Counted from the first letter of the stretch, positions 8,268-17,842 are shown. The stretch is DNA of 64,000 nt from an uncultured Gammaproteobacteria bacterium (GCA_964596355.1 CAZQTD010000001.1:4446-68445), one strand, 5' to 3'. The notes: a model not told the origin generated them from the sequence alone. Translations and numbers: made by a program.

Positions 8268-9785
8268 ATGGACCGATTTTTTCGGATTCTTGGTATTTTA
8301 ACGCTCCTTTTCCTTTCTGTCGCGCTACCGGTATCCCGCGCCAACGCAGCAGTCCCGTGGGTCTATGACAGTATGCCCGACTGCATGGATTCAGTCGAGG
8401 GCGGCAAAACCGCGTTTTGCGGCAGCGTGGGCGAACACAACGCCGCGTGGGCCATGTACATGCTTAGAGACATGGTCGGCGCTGTCAAAGGCAAAACCAC
8501 AAACTCCGACAATGCCGCATACATCCAGGAACTCAACCGCAACTCCGCGCTCGGCGGCATGGTGAACATTGGTCTTGCCATGTATTCCAACCCGCCCGCC
8601 AACTTGGCGCTGTGGGTAGACGATACCGCCCAAAGCCTGGGGTTTAAACCCAAATCCGTCTATGCCCAGGGCATCGGATTTTCCGGACTCTCCGGGCTTC
8701 TTCCTTTATGGAAAGCGTTCCGCAACATCGCCTATCTTCTCCTTGCCATCGCTTTGATTGTCATCGGATTTATGGTGATGTTAAGAAAAAAAATAGATCC
8801 CAAAACCGTTGTCACCGTCCAGAACGCACTTCCCAAAATCGTCATGACGCTGATACTCATCACATTTTCCTATGCCATCGTAGGGCTCATGATCGATCTT
8901 ATGTACCTTATTATCCTCATTGTTGCCACTGTTCTCGTATCGGCAAGCGGCGGCATTTTGCCACCGGACACAGCGAAAATAATTATCGCAAACGGCGGCC
9001 AGCAGCTCTGGCGCTGGGTCTTCGGCAACGGATTCCGCGCGCTTGATGATGTATTGACGTTTCTTAATCCTCAATCAGCATGGGCACAGGGGTTTGGAGA
9101 AAACTGGCTTCAGGGTATACCAATCGTCACGACGTTTGTCCAAACATTGCTGGGCTTTGTGGAGGGGATACTTTTAACCGTCGTATTTGCCGTGCTTTTT
9201 ATCATCGCCTTTTTCCGCATCCTCGCCATGCTTGTTGCCGCGTATATTCAGATTATCCTGCACGTCATTTTTGCCCCGCTGTTTATCCTTCTTGATGTAT
9301 TTCCCGGGAGCGAGGGATTTTCTAATTGGCTTAGGAACGTTGCGGCAAACATTCTGGTTTTTCCTGTTACTGCCGCGCTTTTCATGATCATCATGATCTT
9401 AAACGCCGCAACAGTTGCAACCGCAGGGGGGCAAAATATTAGGATCAATTTGGAGGCGTTCTTACCGGGGGGTGAAGCCAATATCCGCACGCCCCTTTGG
9501 TCTCCGCCCATCTTGTTCCCCGGCGGGCTCTACGGCGCAACCGGCGTCATCGGCTTGGGGATGCTCCTTGCGATCCCCAAAATCGTCGGAAGTCTCAAAG
9601 AGGCACTAAAAGCAAAACCAGTAATGCAGGCGTTTGGCGGAGGAGTTGGGGAGTCTCTCGGCACCGTATCTCAACTTCTTTCTATTGCATTCTATGTACG
9701 CCAGCTTTTAGGTAAAAAAGTTGCAGAACAGTTGGTACCAAAACAATCCGGGGGTGGGTCTGGTCATGCACCTGGCTCGGCATGA
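8268..9785 (+). CDS. VirB6/TrbL-like polytopic membrane protein
   Basis: Signal peptide, 'WKAFRNIAY...LPKIVMTLILITFSYAIVGLMIDL' and several TM helices with 'IFAPLFIL'; follows the pilin array. Confidence 0.7.
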   Translation: MDRFFRILGILTLLFLSVALPVSRANAAVPWVYDSMPDCMDSVEGGKTAFCGSVGEHNAAWAMYMLRDMVGAVKGKTTNSDNAAYIQELNRNSALGGMVNIGLAMYSNPPANLALWVDDTAQSLGFKPKSVYAQGIGFSGLSGLLPLWKAFRNIAYLLLAIALIVIGFMVMLRKKIDPKTVVTVQNALPKIVMTLILITFSYAIVGLMIDLMYLIILIVATVLVSASGGILPPDTAKIIIANGGQQLWRWVFGNGFRALDDVLTFLNPQSAWAQGFGENWLQGIPIVTTFVQTLLGFVEGILLTVVFAVLFIIAFFRILAMLVAAYIQIILHVIFAPLFILLDVFPGSEGFSNWLRNVAANILVFPVTAALFMIIMILNAATVATAGGQNIRINLEAFLPGGEANIRTPLWSPPILFPGGLYGATGVIGLGMLLAIPKIVGSLKEALKAKPVMQAFGGGVGESLGTVSQLLSIAFYVRQLLGKKVAEQLVPKQSGGGSGHAPGSA

Positions 9786-9793
9786 GAAATAGT

Positions 9794-12700
9794 TTAGTGG
9801 TGACCACCGCCACTAGAGGATCCTGTAAGTTCTTCTTCTGCACCTTTACCTGCTTGAAAAGCAATGAGCAATCCCGCAAGCGCAATCCATAATCGTACTC
9901 GATATAAGTAGAGTGGAATTTTTATATGAATCGCATCGCCACCAAGCTTAGGATCGAGATAAATACCCAACCACTGCTCAATTTTATGGGCTGTGTGCGG
10001 CGCAACTAAGGATAATTTTCCGCCAAGCGCCAAACCGTTCTCTTCAATAAAATGCTCCAGTTCGTTAAGCTCAAGCGCATTGGCGTTGGGGCCAAAAATG
10101 CGTTTTGCGCCAGATACATTTGGCGCCTCGCCCAAAAATAAAAGGTCCGCAAGCCAATCTGCCTTCATTGTCTTTCCATAACCAGCGATCAGATATAATG
10201 GGCCCCTGGCGGCCCAAGGATAGACACCGTATACAGAGGATATTGCATTATCAATCGCCTTGATGGCTTTAATAAACTCCTGTTCGTTGGGAGTAAGTGC
10301 ATTTCTCACCTCTTGATATGCGCCCAGGCCGGTCGCATTGTCTCCCCATGTGCGAACGAGTGAATCTGCCTGTGTTTTCCCATGATGCGAAAATTTTGTC
10401 CACGGATCCTTCATTTCTTCAAAATATGCATCATCTATCCATCGTACCCTTCGGTAAATCTTGTGATACATGGGTCGCGCAAGTTCTTCGATGTGCCTAC
10501 CAACGTGTTGTGACATTTTATTTACTAAACTCAAGTAATCATCCGTGTCACCGCCCAAAATATTTAAGACCTGTTTCACCACATCGCGCTGATCACCACT
10601 GATACTTGCTAAATCGCTGTATTTAATTGCATTAAGCCCTCTTTCGACAAGTTTATCGTTTATGGCAATAAGCCTGCGATCAATCTCTCTATACAACTCA
10701 TGGTGATGTGTTACCGCAGTACCAAAGGCTGCTCGGTAACCTCCAATCTCACGAGCCACCCAGTCTATTGTTGGCTTGTGTTTACCATCTGCGTACAAAA
10801 ATTGCGTGAGTTCTTGCGGTCGGTAGTCTGCTACTTCTTGCAATGCAGGAATTAAATCATGTTCAATAATATGTTTTACATCATGATGGTTTTCTTCACC
10901 TAACATGTTACTCCCTGCAATTCTGAGTTTAAAACCTAAACCCCTTCCTTTTATACGAGGGTCATCTGGATTATATGGGCTATCGACGTCACCAAATCGT
11001 TCCCACAGCGCTTCATAGATGAATGTTGGAGAAATATAACCACTTGAGTAAAAATCATAGATTGTCATAAGATTTGCCACATAATCTTCACCAGCATTTA
11101 CCAGAAGCCGGTCTTCTACCTGATCTTTGGTAACATCCTCAAGCCTTCTTGGCATTCGATCAAATGGGCCTTTATTTCTTCTCCCATGTTCATCAAATTG
11201 CAATTCTTCTTGTATCTTTCTTCTTATAACATGCTCGCTGTCACCCTGTTGAATATGAAATGCTTCCTTTTTCAGCTCAACTTGACGAACAGGGTCACCC
11301 CACGCCTCATCGAGGCGTCGTTTGACATCTGCCTCAAGCCCGTGCGTAAATGCAGCGGCACGACAGGCATTTTCCCACATTGCCTTTTGACCCGGTTTGA
11401 GAAGTTTCCACTTGCGCAAAAACCACCGTAAATCCCATCCAAATAGGTAAAACTCTGCAGTAGATGCGGTTTTATATTGCTCATACCCCCCCACTTGATA
11501 AGGGGTAAGGCCTTGTTCAGTAGCAACGATGTCTTGTTGAGTAATTGTGTGGAGAAATTGTGCCGTACGCGCAACTGCACGAATGTCATCTTTAGTAATA
11601 TCTCTACCAAACGCTTTATGCCATCGATCGTTGTATAATAACATATCTTGCTCTAAATCTTTCACAACCTCGTCATGAATCTTGTTAACAACCTCAGCTG
11701 AGTAATAAGCTAGATCTCCATCTTTATCAAAGCGATGTCTCCGATATACCTGCGCATAATGACGATACGCCACTCCTACCATACCAGCATTTTCACGCAT
11801 GACAAAGTCCAGGCCCTTGGTACCAAAACTCATTAATCGTTGCTGCACCTTGGCCGCATCTGCTAACGTGCGGATCATGCCGAATCCTGCCATCGCTCCC
11901 GTACGATAAGTAACTTTATTGGAAAGATATTGCGCCTTAGCAATGGTTTTCCTGCAATAATCTTGTGCCGCACGGTTACGCAACTTATTAATTTCGTCCT
12001 CAAGATCAGTAGATGCCATCAAACTATTTTTCTCATCTTGATTTATTAGGTCATTATGCAATAAATTATCCAACACATCTTCCTTATACTGATCGCTGGC
12101 GATGTACCCAGTGAGTAGAGTTAATCGCTGTTCCATTGATCGTGATATGCCAGTTTCTGGGAAAAAATCAGAACTTGATTCAAGTGTTCTTAAATACAAT
12201 TCGATAATTCTTTCAGGGTCTGTTCTGGCAGTCATCCCTTCCTTGATTGTAAGAATAATGCTGCTAAACTGTTCTCGGGTGGGTTCGGTTTTTTTTAACC
12301 TAGCTCTTGCTCGATCAATATAAAATTGAAATTCGTCGATGTTTTCTGCATTTCCAGGTTGACCTGCCGCATTCCTCAACATTCTTATTGCTTCATCCCA
12401 AAACGTCGGATCGGCATCTGCGAGTGGATCTGCAGTAAGTCTTTGTTGAATCTCAAGTATCTCAGGAATATTTCCCTTATAAAACAGCGGTGATGTATCA
12501 GAGGAAACGAAACTCTGTCTCATTTCGGGTAGCAATGTTATATTTAGTGTCCAATCATTCATATCAAAATCAGTGTGCGCGGCTTGCATTTCGCCGATAT
12601 GATTGCGGATGGCATGAAGTACTGCGTGCGCCTCGCGAAATGCCCTCTGTGTCAGTTTCGATGATTTCCCCTGAGTTGTCAAACTAAACTGCGCTGCCTT

Positions 12701-13201
12701 CATCCATAAAAATCGTGGGTCATTGAGCGCTTCCGGTCCTGCTTTTGCAAGAGATGCCAAAAATGAGGCTGCATCATCGTTATCTACCAACTCCGCTGCT
12801 GCGGTTTGTAGCCATGCGTGCTCTTTGACTACGCCTGCGGTCGCTTTTTTAATGACCGCTCGCGCAACCTCTATAGAAACGTGCTCCGGCAGCGGCATCT
12901 GCTGAAGCTGTTTTTCAACGTCAACGAGATTATTGGGGTTTCTCATTTTTTCAGCAAGTTCTTTAGCCACTTGCCTCTGCACGTCAACAGGTTTCTCTTC
13001 TAGCGCTTGCCTCTCTGGTTTGGCTGCTTCCCCCCCTGGGGGATACTGTCCTCCTCGCATTTCACTCCCAGGCGGCCTTCTGCGCACAACACGCATTCCT
13101 CCTCTAGCAATGGATATTCCTTCTAATATAGTGCCTATAACACCAAGTGGATTTATTTTGTCTTTTCTAAGTGGATTTATTTTGTCTTTTCTTTCTACCA
13201 T
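9794..13201 (-). CDS. Large helical hypothetical protein (about 1135 aa) with C-terminal TM and GGGHH tail
   Basis: Long uninterrupted ORF, AT-richer than its neighbours; TACAAT just upstream of ATG 13201; no recognisable domain. Confidence 0.85.
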   Translation of the reverse strand: MVERKDKINPLRKDKINPLGVIGTILEGISIARGGMRVVRRRPPGSEMRGGQYPPGGEAAKPERQALEEKPVDVQRQVAKELAEKMRNPNNLVDVEKQLQQMPLPEHVSIEVARAVIKKATAGVVKEHAWLQTAAAELVDNDDAASFLASLAKAGPEALNDPRFLWMKAAQFSLTTQGKSSKLTQRAFREAHAVLHAIRNHIGEMQAAHTDFDMNDWTLNITLLPEMRQSFVSSDTSPLFYKGNIPEILEIQQRLTADPLADADPTFWDEAIRMLRNAAGQPGNAENIDEFQFYIDRARARLKKTEPTREQFSSIILTIKEGMTARTDPERIIELYLRTLESSSDFFPETGISRSMEQRLTLLTGYIASDQYKEDVLDNLLHNDLINQDEKNSLMASTDLEDEINKLRNRAAQDYCRKTIAKAQYLSNKVTYRTGAMAGFGMIRTLADAAKVQQRLMSFGTKGLDFVMRENAGMVGVAYRHYAQVYRRHRFDKDGDLAYYSAEVVNKIHDEVVKDLEQDMLLYNDRWHKAFGRDITKDDIRAVARTAQFLHTITQQDIVATEQGLTPYQVGGYEQYKTASTAEFYLFGWDLRWFLRKWKLLKPGQKAMWENACRAAAFTHGLEADVKRRLDEAWGDPVRQVELKKEAFHIQQGDSEHVIRRKIQEELQFDEHGRRNKGPFDRMPRRLEDVTKDQVEDRLLVNAGEDYVANLMTIYDFYSSGYISPTFIYEALWERFGDVDSPYNPDDPRIKGRGLGFKLRIAGSNMLGEENHHDVKHIIEHDLIPALQEVADYRPQELTQFLYADGKHKPTIDWVAREIGGYRAAFGTAVTHHHELYREIDRRLIAINDKLVERGLNAIKYSDLASISGDQRDVVKQVLNILGGDTDDYLSLVNKMSQHVGRHIEELARPMYHKIYRRVRWIDDAYFEEMKDPWTKFSHHGKTQADSLVRTWGDNATGLGAYQEVRNALTPNEQEFIKAIKAIDNAISSVYGVYPWAARGPLYLIAGYGKTMKADWLADLLFLGEAPNVSGAKRIFGPNANALELNELEHFIEENGLALGGKLSLVAPHTAHKIEQWLGIYLDPKLGGDAIHIKIPLYLYRVRLWIALAGLLIAFQAGKGAEEELTGSSSGGGHH
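13145..13192. repeat. Perfect 24-bp tandem duplication encoding RKDKINPL x2
   Basis: aagtggatttattttgtcttttct occurs twice in tandem. Confidence 0.95.
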
Positions 13202-13469
13202 ATGCGACACTGTTATTGTACTAAAAGCACTTAAAAAAACCAATCAGAGAACAAGACGGTGGCGCAAGGAGGGCGCCCTGCCGCGTTTGCCTCACTCATA
13301 TCAACGCATCTCGTGATGTGCCCTTCACAACCAGTATTTCCACCCGTTCACCTCGCCCAACGTTTAACTAGAGAGGCCGCGCTCACAATCTTGCCAAAGC
13401 CAAACACGTGCATATCTGTTCATATCTGATGATATCAGATCGTTTGTCACCGTGTACCACCCGATTGCG

Positions 13470-13509
13470 TTCTTGATTTTTTACAGCTTAAGCAGTAATT
13501 TTTCAAGAA
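13470..13509. repeat. 40-bp imperfect palindrome, copy 1
   Basis: TTCTTGATTTTTTACAGCTT|AAGCAGTAATTTTTCAAGAA. Confidence 0.9.
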
Positions 13510-13702
13510 GCTACCCTCGTGTTCCCGGATACTTGCATATCGCGCTTCCTGCGCTCGGCGTCGCCTGCGCTTCCGCCTCGCGCCAGTTCCGTCTTTTCTA
13601 CGAAGCATTTCCATAAAAAATCACAGCCGCAAACAATCGCCGTAACAATTCAACCCATATCAATCCTGCAAACTTTTGCATATGCAAAAGCTGGCAACTT
13701 GT

Positions 13703-13742
13703 TTCTTGATTTTTTCATGCTTAAGCAGTAATTTATCAAAAG
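13703..13742. repeat. 40-bp imperfect palindrome, copy 2
   Basis: TTCTTGATTTTTTCATGCTT|AAGCAGTAATTTATCAAAAG, 10 nt before ATG 13753. Confidence 0.9.
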
Positions 13743-13752
13743 AAACCAATTC

Positions 13753-14460
13753 ATGAAACATACGATGAAATCGGTAACGGGGCGGCGGCCAAAACAGGCA
13801 CACGACAAGCCGTCTATTCTTCAAGACCTTCCTTCAGATGACGCTATTGCTACAATCAGCGCGCTTCTTGTTAAACAATCGCAGCGGAAGGCGCGGGAAC
13901 AAACGTATGCCCGGGCTAAAGACGTTTTGTCGCTTCTGGGCACAGGCGTTGCGCTTTCTGCTGCCATTCTCGCGCCTGGTTCGGCGCGGGTCATCAAGCC
14001 GCTACTAGAGTCATCGCGAGATTGGGACGAGTGGAAGCATTTCAATATTTCCTATCTTCAACGCACGCTTCGACAGTTAAACAAGCAAAAAGATGTAGAA
14101 ATTTCCGTACAAAACGGCGAGCAAGTCATTACACTCACTAAAAACGGCAAACGCAGAATTCTCAAGTACAATATCGATCAGCTGACCATTGATAAACCCA
14201 AAACGTGGGATGGGAAATGGCGGCTCGTTCTTTATGACGTCCCCGTTTGCAAAAAACAGCTGGGCGATCTTATTCGACAATCGTTAAAAATGCTCGGGTT
14301 TTATCCCATACAGGACAGCGTCTATCTCCACCCGTATCCGTGTTTTGATCAAATAGAATTTTTGCGCGAGTATTACTTTTTAGGCGACACGGTCCAATAT
14401 ATGCTTGTTGACTATATAGAGCGCGACGACGCCTTTAAAACCTTCTTCAACCTCTCTTGA
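13753..14460 (+). CDS. PaaX-like protein (winged helix plus Cas2-like ferredoxin-fold domain), not CRISPR-linked
   Basis: 'LTKNG' wHTH wing then 'WDGKWRLVLYDVP...LKMLGFYPIQDSVY', typical of the PaaX central/Cas2-like domain. Confidence 0.8.
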   Translation: MKHTMKSVTGRRPKQAHDKPSILQDLPSDDAIATISALLVKQSQRKAREQTYARAKDVLSLLGTGVALSAAILAPGSARVIKPLLESSRDWDEWKHFNISYLQRTLRQLNKQKDVEISVQNGEQVITLTKNGKRRILKYNIDQLTIDKPKTWDGKWRLVLYDVPVCKKQLGDLIRQSLKMLGFYPIQDSVYLHPYPCFDQIEFLREYYFLGDTVQYMLVDYIERDDAFKTFFNLS

Positions 14461-14492
14461 TTTTTTCATGCTTAAGCATGAAAAAATCAAGA
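14455..14492. repeat. 38-bp perfect palindrome, copy 3, containing the TGA stop of the PaaX-like gene
   Basis: TCTTGATTTTTTCATGCTT|AAGCATGAAAAAATCAAGA. Confidence 0.95.
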
Positions 14493-14628
14493 AGCATGTC
14501 CCAATCCTTTATTGTCTCCCAAATCCTCTATTATCTCTCGTATTATCTATCGTATAATCGTGTTATCTGTCGCATTGTCTATCACTGCGTGATACGAACT
14601 TTGCGGATTCTTTAGAAGACCAGCGGAC

Positions 14629-15183
14629 TTACGTGTAGAGGCCGTGGACTTTGATATACTCCCCCACCCCCAGGGGAACGAAAAGGTCAATGGGGAGTCC
14701 GGCTTTTACCCGCTCTCTCACTTTGGTCGATGAGATGTTGCTGCCAACGAGAAGTTCGTGGCTTAATACCTTCATGTTTTGGTACAGCGGCTCGTTGGGA
14801 TACCCATAGCGCGGAAACACGAGAAACGGCATGGCATCAAGAAGCTCCTCCCATTTAAGCCACAGGTGAAATGTCGGCAGCTGGTCAGACCCGATGACAA
14901 ACGTATAGCTGTGTTCTTTCGGAAGAAGCGGCAGGAGGTGGATCGTTTCGCCATCCAGCTTATTGTCGATCTCGATGGTGGACACCTGCGCTTTAGGCAA
15001 TACCAGCATCTTCGTCATCGCAAGCCGGTCCTCTGCCGGAGCCACGGGCTTGGGCGGGCTCTGGCCGTAGCTTGGCACAAACCACAGCTCATCCGCATCA
15101 GTGAAATCCAATACCTGCCGGGCAATCAAAAGGTGTCCGATGTGCGGCGGGTTAAACGAACCGCCCAAAAGTGCTACTTTCAT
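14629..15183 (-). CDS. nadD: Nicotinate-nucleotide adenylyltransferase
   Basis: GGSFNPPHIGH, IGSD...W, ISSTKVR. Confidence 0.92.
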   Translation of the reverse strand: MKVALLGGSFNPPHIGHLLIARQVLDFTDADELWFVPSYGQSPPKPVAPAEDRLAMTKMLVLPKAQVSTIEIDNKLDGETIHLLPLLPKEHSYTFVIGSDQLPTFHLWLKWEELLDAMPFLVFPRYGYPNEPLYQNMKVLSHELLVGSNISSTKVRERVKAGLPIDLFVPLGVGEYIKVHGLYT

Positions 15184-15185
15184 AT

Positions 15186-15622
15186 AATAAGCAATAAACG
15201 AATAAACAATAAGAAATAAGCAATTATTTCTTCTTTTTTGTGTTTAAGATAATAACAGTAATTATCCTCATTATCTGATCCCCTTCTAAAATTAACTCTC
15301 GAATTTCTTCACCTATTTTAGGATTACAATCACCCAATAAGCGCAGCCAGTAGAGCGATTCCTTCATTTCTTTACGCGCTATTGTGTAACAATGAATGAA
15401 ATCGGATCGAGTAAATGACCCATCCGCTTCCTGATCGTTTGCCTTAACAGAGGTTATAGATCGAATAAGCTGTCCTACTACAACATCGTTCTCATACGAT
15501 CTCGGAATTTTCTTTAAAATTTGTAACACGCGAAAAATGTATTGATAGATTCTTTCATGGATGTCTTGATTTTTCTTTTCCATTGCTTATTGCTTATTTC
15601 TCATTGCTTATTGCTTATTCTC
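15186..15622. repeat. Inverted AATAAGC-type heptamer arrays flanking the four-helix-bundle gene
   Basis: Left: aataagc aataaac gaataaac aataaga aataagc aat; right: attgctt attgctt atttctc attgctt attgctt attctc. Confidence 0.9.
15224..15583 (-). CDS. Four-helix-bundle protein (23S rRNA intervening-sequence protein family)
   Basis: 'QLIRSITSVKANDQEA...SDFIHCYTIARKEMKESLYWLRLL' pattern; AT-rich. Confidence 0.88.
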   Translation of the reverse strand: MEKKNQDIHERIYQYIFRVLQILKKIPRSYENDVVVGQLIRSITSVKANDQEADGSFTRSDFIHCYTIARKEMKESLYWLRLLGDCNPKIGEEIRELILEGDQIMRIITVIILNTKKKK

Positions 15623-17790
15623 TTGGCGTATCTCTCGCGGCTTACGCGCACCACTTTGTCGCGATTCTGATTCTTGCTTCGCGGGAGCGGCAACGTTGTT
15701 GCTGAAAACGGCAGGCTCGTGTGGTTGTCAATTGAAAGCTTCAATACCACCTGATAGTTGCCGAGCGCGACGAGCTCTTCTTCTTTGTATTTAAGCCCGA
15801 ATTCTTTGGCTAAAATCCGCGCGTCAGAAGCTCCCACGCTAAACGCAACGATCGATCCGGCGTTGCCAAAAATGGCTTTTTGCACGTCTTCGTCAATTTG
15901 CCCGATATACTGGTTCGCAAGCGTTAGGTTGAGCCGGTATTTCCTCGCCTCCGAAAGAATTTTTATGAAGGATGTCGTTGCAAAGTTTTGAAACTCGTCA
16001 ACGTAGAGGTAAAAATCCCGCCGCTTCTCTTCCGGCACATAGACGCGGTTCATCGCGGCAAGCTGCAGCTTGGTGATGATCATTGCGCCCAGTAGCGCGC
16101 TATTGTCTTCTCCGAGCTTGCCTTGGGAAAGGTTTATTAGGACGATTTTTCCCTCGTTCATCATTTTTTCCAGATCAATCGTTGAGGTGGGGCTTCCGAC
16201 AATGTTGCGGATTGTCTGGGAGGATAAAAACTGGCCGACCTTGTTTAATATCGGCGACACGGCTTCGCTTCGAAACTGCGGCGACATTTTGGCAAACTCA
16301 TTGAGCCAAAAATTTTTAAGTACCTGGTCCAAAAGCTTCTCTGTGACTTTGGCTCGATAGTTTTCATTGGTTAAAAGCTCCGGCACCTGAAGGAGAGTGG
16401 ATTGCGGCACATGGAGGAGGGTAAGAATTGTGTTTCGCAGGATATACTCTAGTCTGGGGCCCCAGCTTAGGTGGTAGAGCTTGTGGAAAATAGACACAAT
16501 GCCGGAGGACACGAGCTCTCGGTACGCTGCATTTTTTACTTCCAAGGGGTTGAGGCGAAACGGGTGATCGATGTCCGCAGGATCCAGGTACGCAACATCG
16601 TTTATCCGATAGGACGGCACGTAGTCAAGAAGGATGTCCGATAGGTCTCCATGAGGATCGATGACGGCAACGCCTTCGCCGTTTTTCATGTCGTTGATTG
16701 CCATATTGGCGATCATTGTGGATTTGCCGGTGCCTGTTTTTCCAATGATATACAGGTGTTTGCGACGGTCGTCTCTTTTGATGCCGAACGTCGCGATTGT
16801 GTTTTTAAATTCCGTGCGGCCAAAAAAGTTTATGCGCTTCTTTTCGCCTTCATCATCAGATGAAACAGGCAAATTTTCCGGGGCTTCGCCGGTTAATTGC
16901 GCTCCCCAGGAAATGTTTTTGATCATAGAAAGCGTAAGTCCCGGCGGATGCCACAGAGACGCGAGTTCCGATGCGGTCAAAATCTGAAATCTGGGGGCAC
17001 TGTCGCCGTTTCGTTCAACAAACCCCCGCTCAAGCCTCTTTCTCTGCCAGAAGGCAGGCTCGCTCACTGCCAAGCTGTTGCCTTCACCCATGGTGTAGAC
17101 GCCAAACGTCCCGCCGATCGAATGCAAGAGTTCTTTGGCTCGCTTTTCCGAAGACGCTACCGTCAATACTCTCATCGCCACGCAAAAGCCAATCGTATTA
17201 ATCTTGCCTTCAATAATCCTGGCATGAGGGTGCGCCTTCGTTCTGCCGGTCGTCGAATTTGGATCCGGCACCCCCCGGGCGATTACTGCCGCAGCCTTGT
17301 GTTGCCATCCGACCCCCGCGGGAGTTACGCGAATTTGTACGGCCGAGGCTTCGCTCATCGGAAGCTTGGCCATGTGCCCCAACACGCTTGCCATCATGTC
17401 GAGTTCGCCGACATCTTTGTATGTTTTGAGCGGGTAGTAGTACGAGTTGGTTATTGTTAATTGCGCGAGTGCGTGCGGAAGCGACAAAAAGTGCGGCGCA
17501 TAGTCTGGTGCGGGCACCAAAAGCACTTTGGGGTACTGCGCAGTTATCTGACTTTCGACGTAGCGTTGCAGGTGGGCCGGAACCCCAAGAAAAAAATGAA
17601 TCCGCGTGTTGACAGCCACAATTTCAAAACTAAAATATCGTGGTGCGTGGCGGCCGCCAAACAAAAGTGATAATAATCCCCTGTGTCCTCCGCCGGCGCC
17701 GAGCGCGGCAAACATTTGCTCCATTGCTTCCGGCGTTTCTTCACTTTCGCGGGAGTTTTTGACCTCCATAAGAACAAGCGGGGATTCCAT
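15601..17790 (-). CDS. VirD4/TraD-like type IV coupling ATPase (CPR type)
   Basis: 'DRRKHLYIIGKTGTGKS' Walker A, 'IDPHGDL', 'LYVDEFQNF', 'SEARKYRL.LTLANQY'. Confidence 0.88.
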   Translation of the reverse strand: MESPLVLMEVKNSRESEETPEAMEQMFAALGAGGGHRGLLSLLFGGRHAPRYFSFEIVAVNTRIHFFLGVPAHLQRYVESQITAQYPKVLLVPAPDYAPHFLSLPHALAQLTITNSYYYPLKTYKDVGELDMMASVLGHMAKLPMSEASAVQIRVTPAGVGWQHKAAAVIARGVPDPNSTTGRTKAHPHARIIEGKINTIGFCVAMRVLTVASSEKRAKELLHSIGGTFGVYTMGEGNSLAVSEPAFWQRKRLERGFVERNGDSAPRFQILTASELASLWHPPGLTLSMIKNISWGAQLTGEAPENLPVSSDDEGEKKRINFFGRTEFKNTIATFGIKRDDRRKHLYIIGKTGTGKSTMIANMAINDMKNGEGVAVIDPHGDLSDILLDYVPSYRINDVAYLDPADIDHPFRLNPLEVKNAAYRELVSSGIVSIFHKLYHLSWGPRLEYILRNTILTLLHVPQSTLLQVPELLTNENYRAKVTEKLLDQVLKNFWLNEFAKMSPQFRSEAVSPILNKVGQFLSSQTIRNIVGSPTSTIDLEKMMNEGKIVLINLSQGKLGEDNSALLGAMIITKLQLAAMNRVYVPEEKRRDFYLYVDEFQNFATTSFIKILSEARKYRLNLTLANQYIGQIDEDVQKAIFGNAGSIVAFSVGASDARILAKEFGLKYKEEELVALGNYQVVLKLSIDNHTSLPFSATTLPLPRSKNQNRDKVVRVSRERYAKRISNKQ

Positions 17791-17842
17791 GAACTTATCT
17801 TATCATAGGTACTCCAGTCGGCCTAACGCATCCAGCCGGTTC

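Noticed and set aside
13470-14492. CRISPR array with cas2
   Set aside because: Only three repeats, separated by about 190 and 710 bp (one gap is the gene itself); no cas1 or effector genes; the protein has the PaaX-like wHTH fusion
15224-15583. Diversity-generating retroelement (Avd-like gene)
   Set aside because: No reverse transcriptase and no TR/VR pair differing at adenines found in the window
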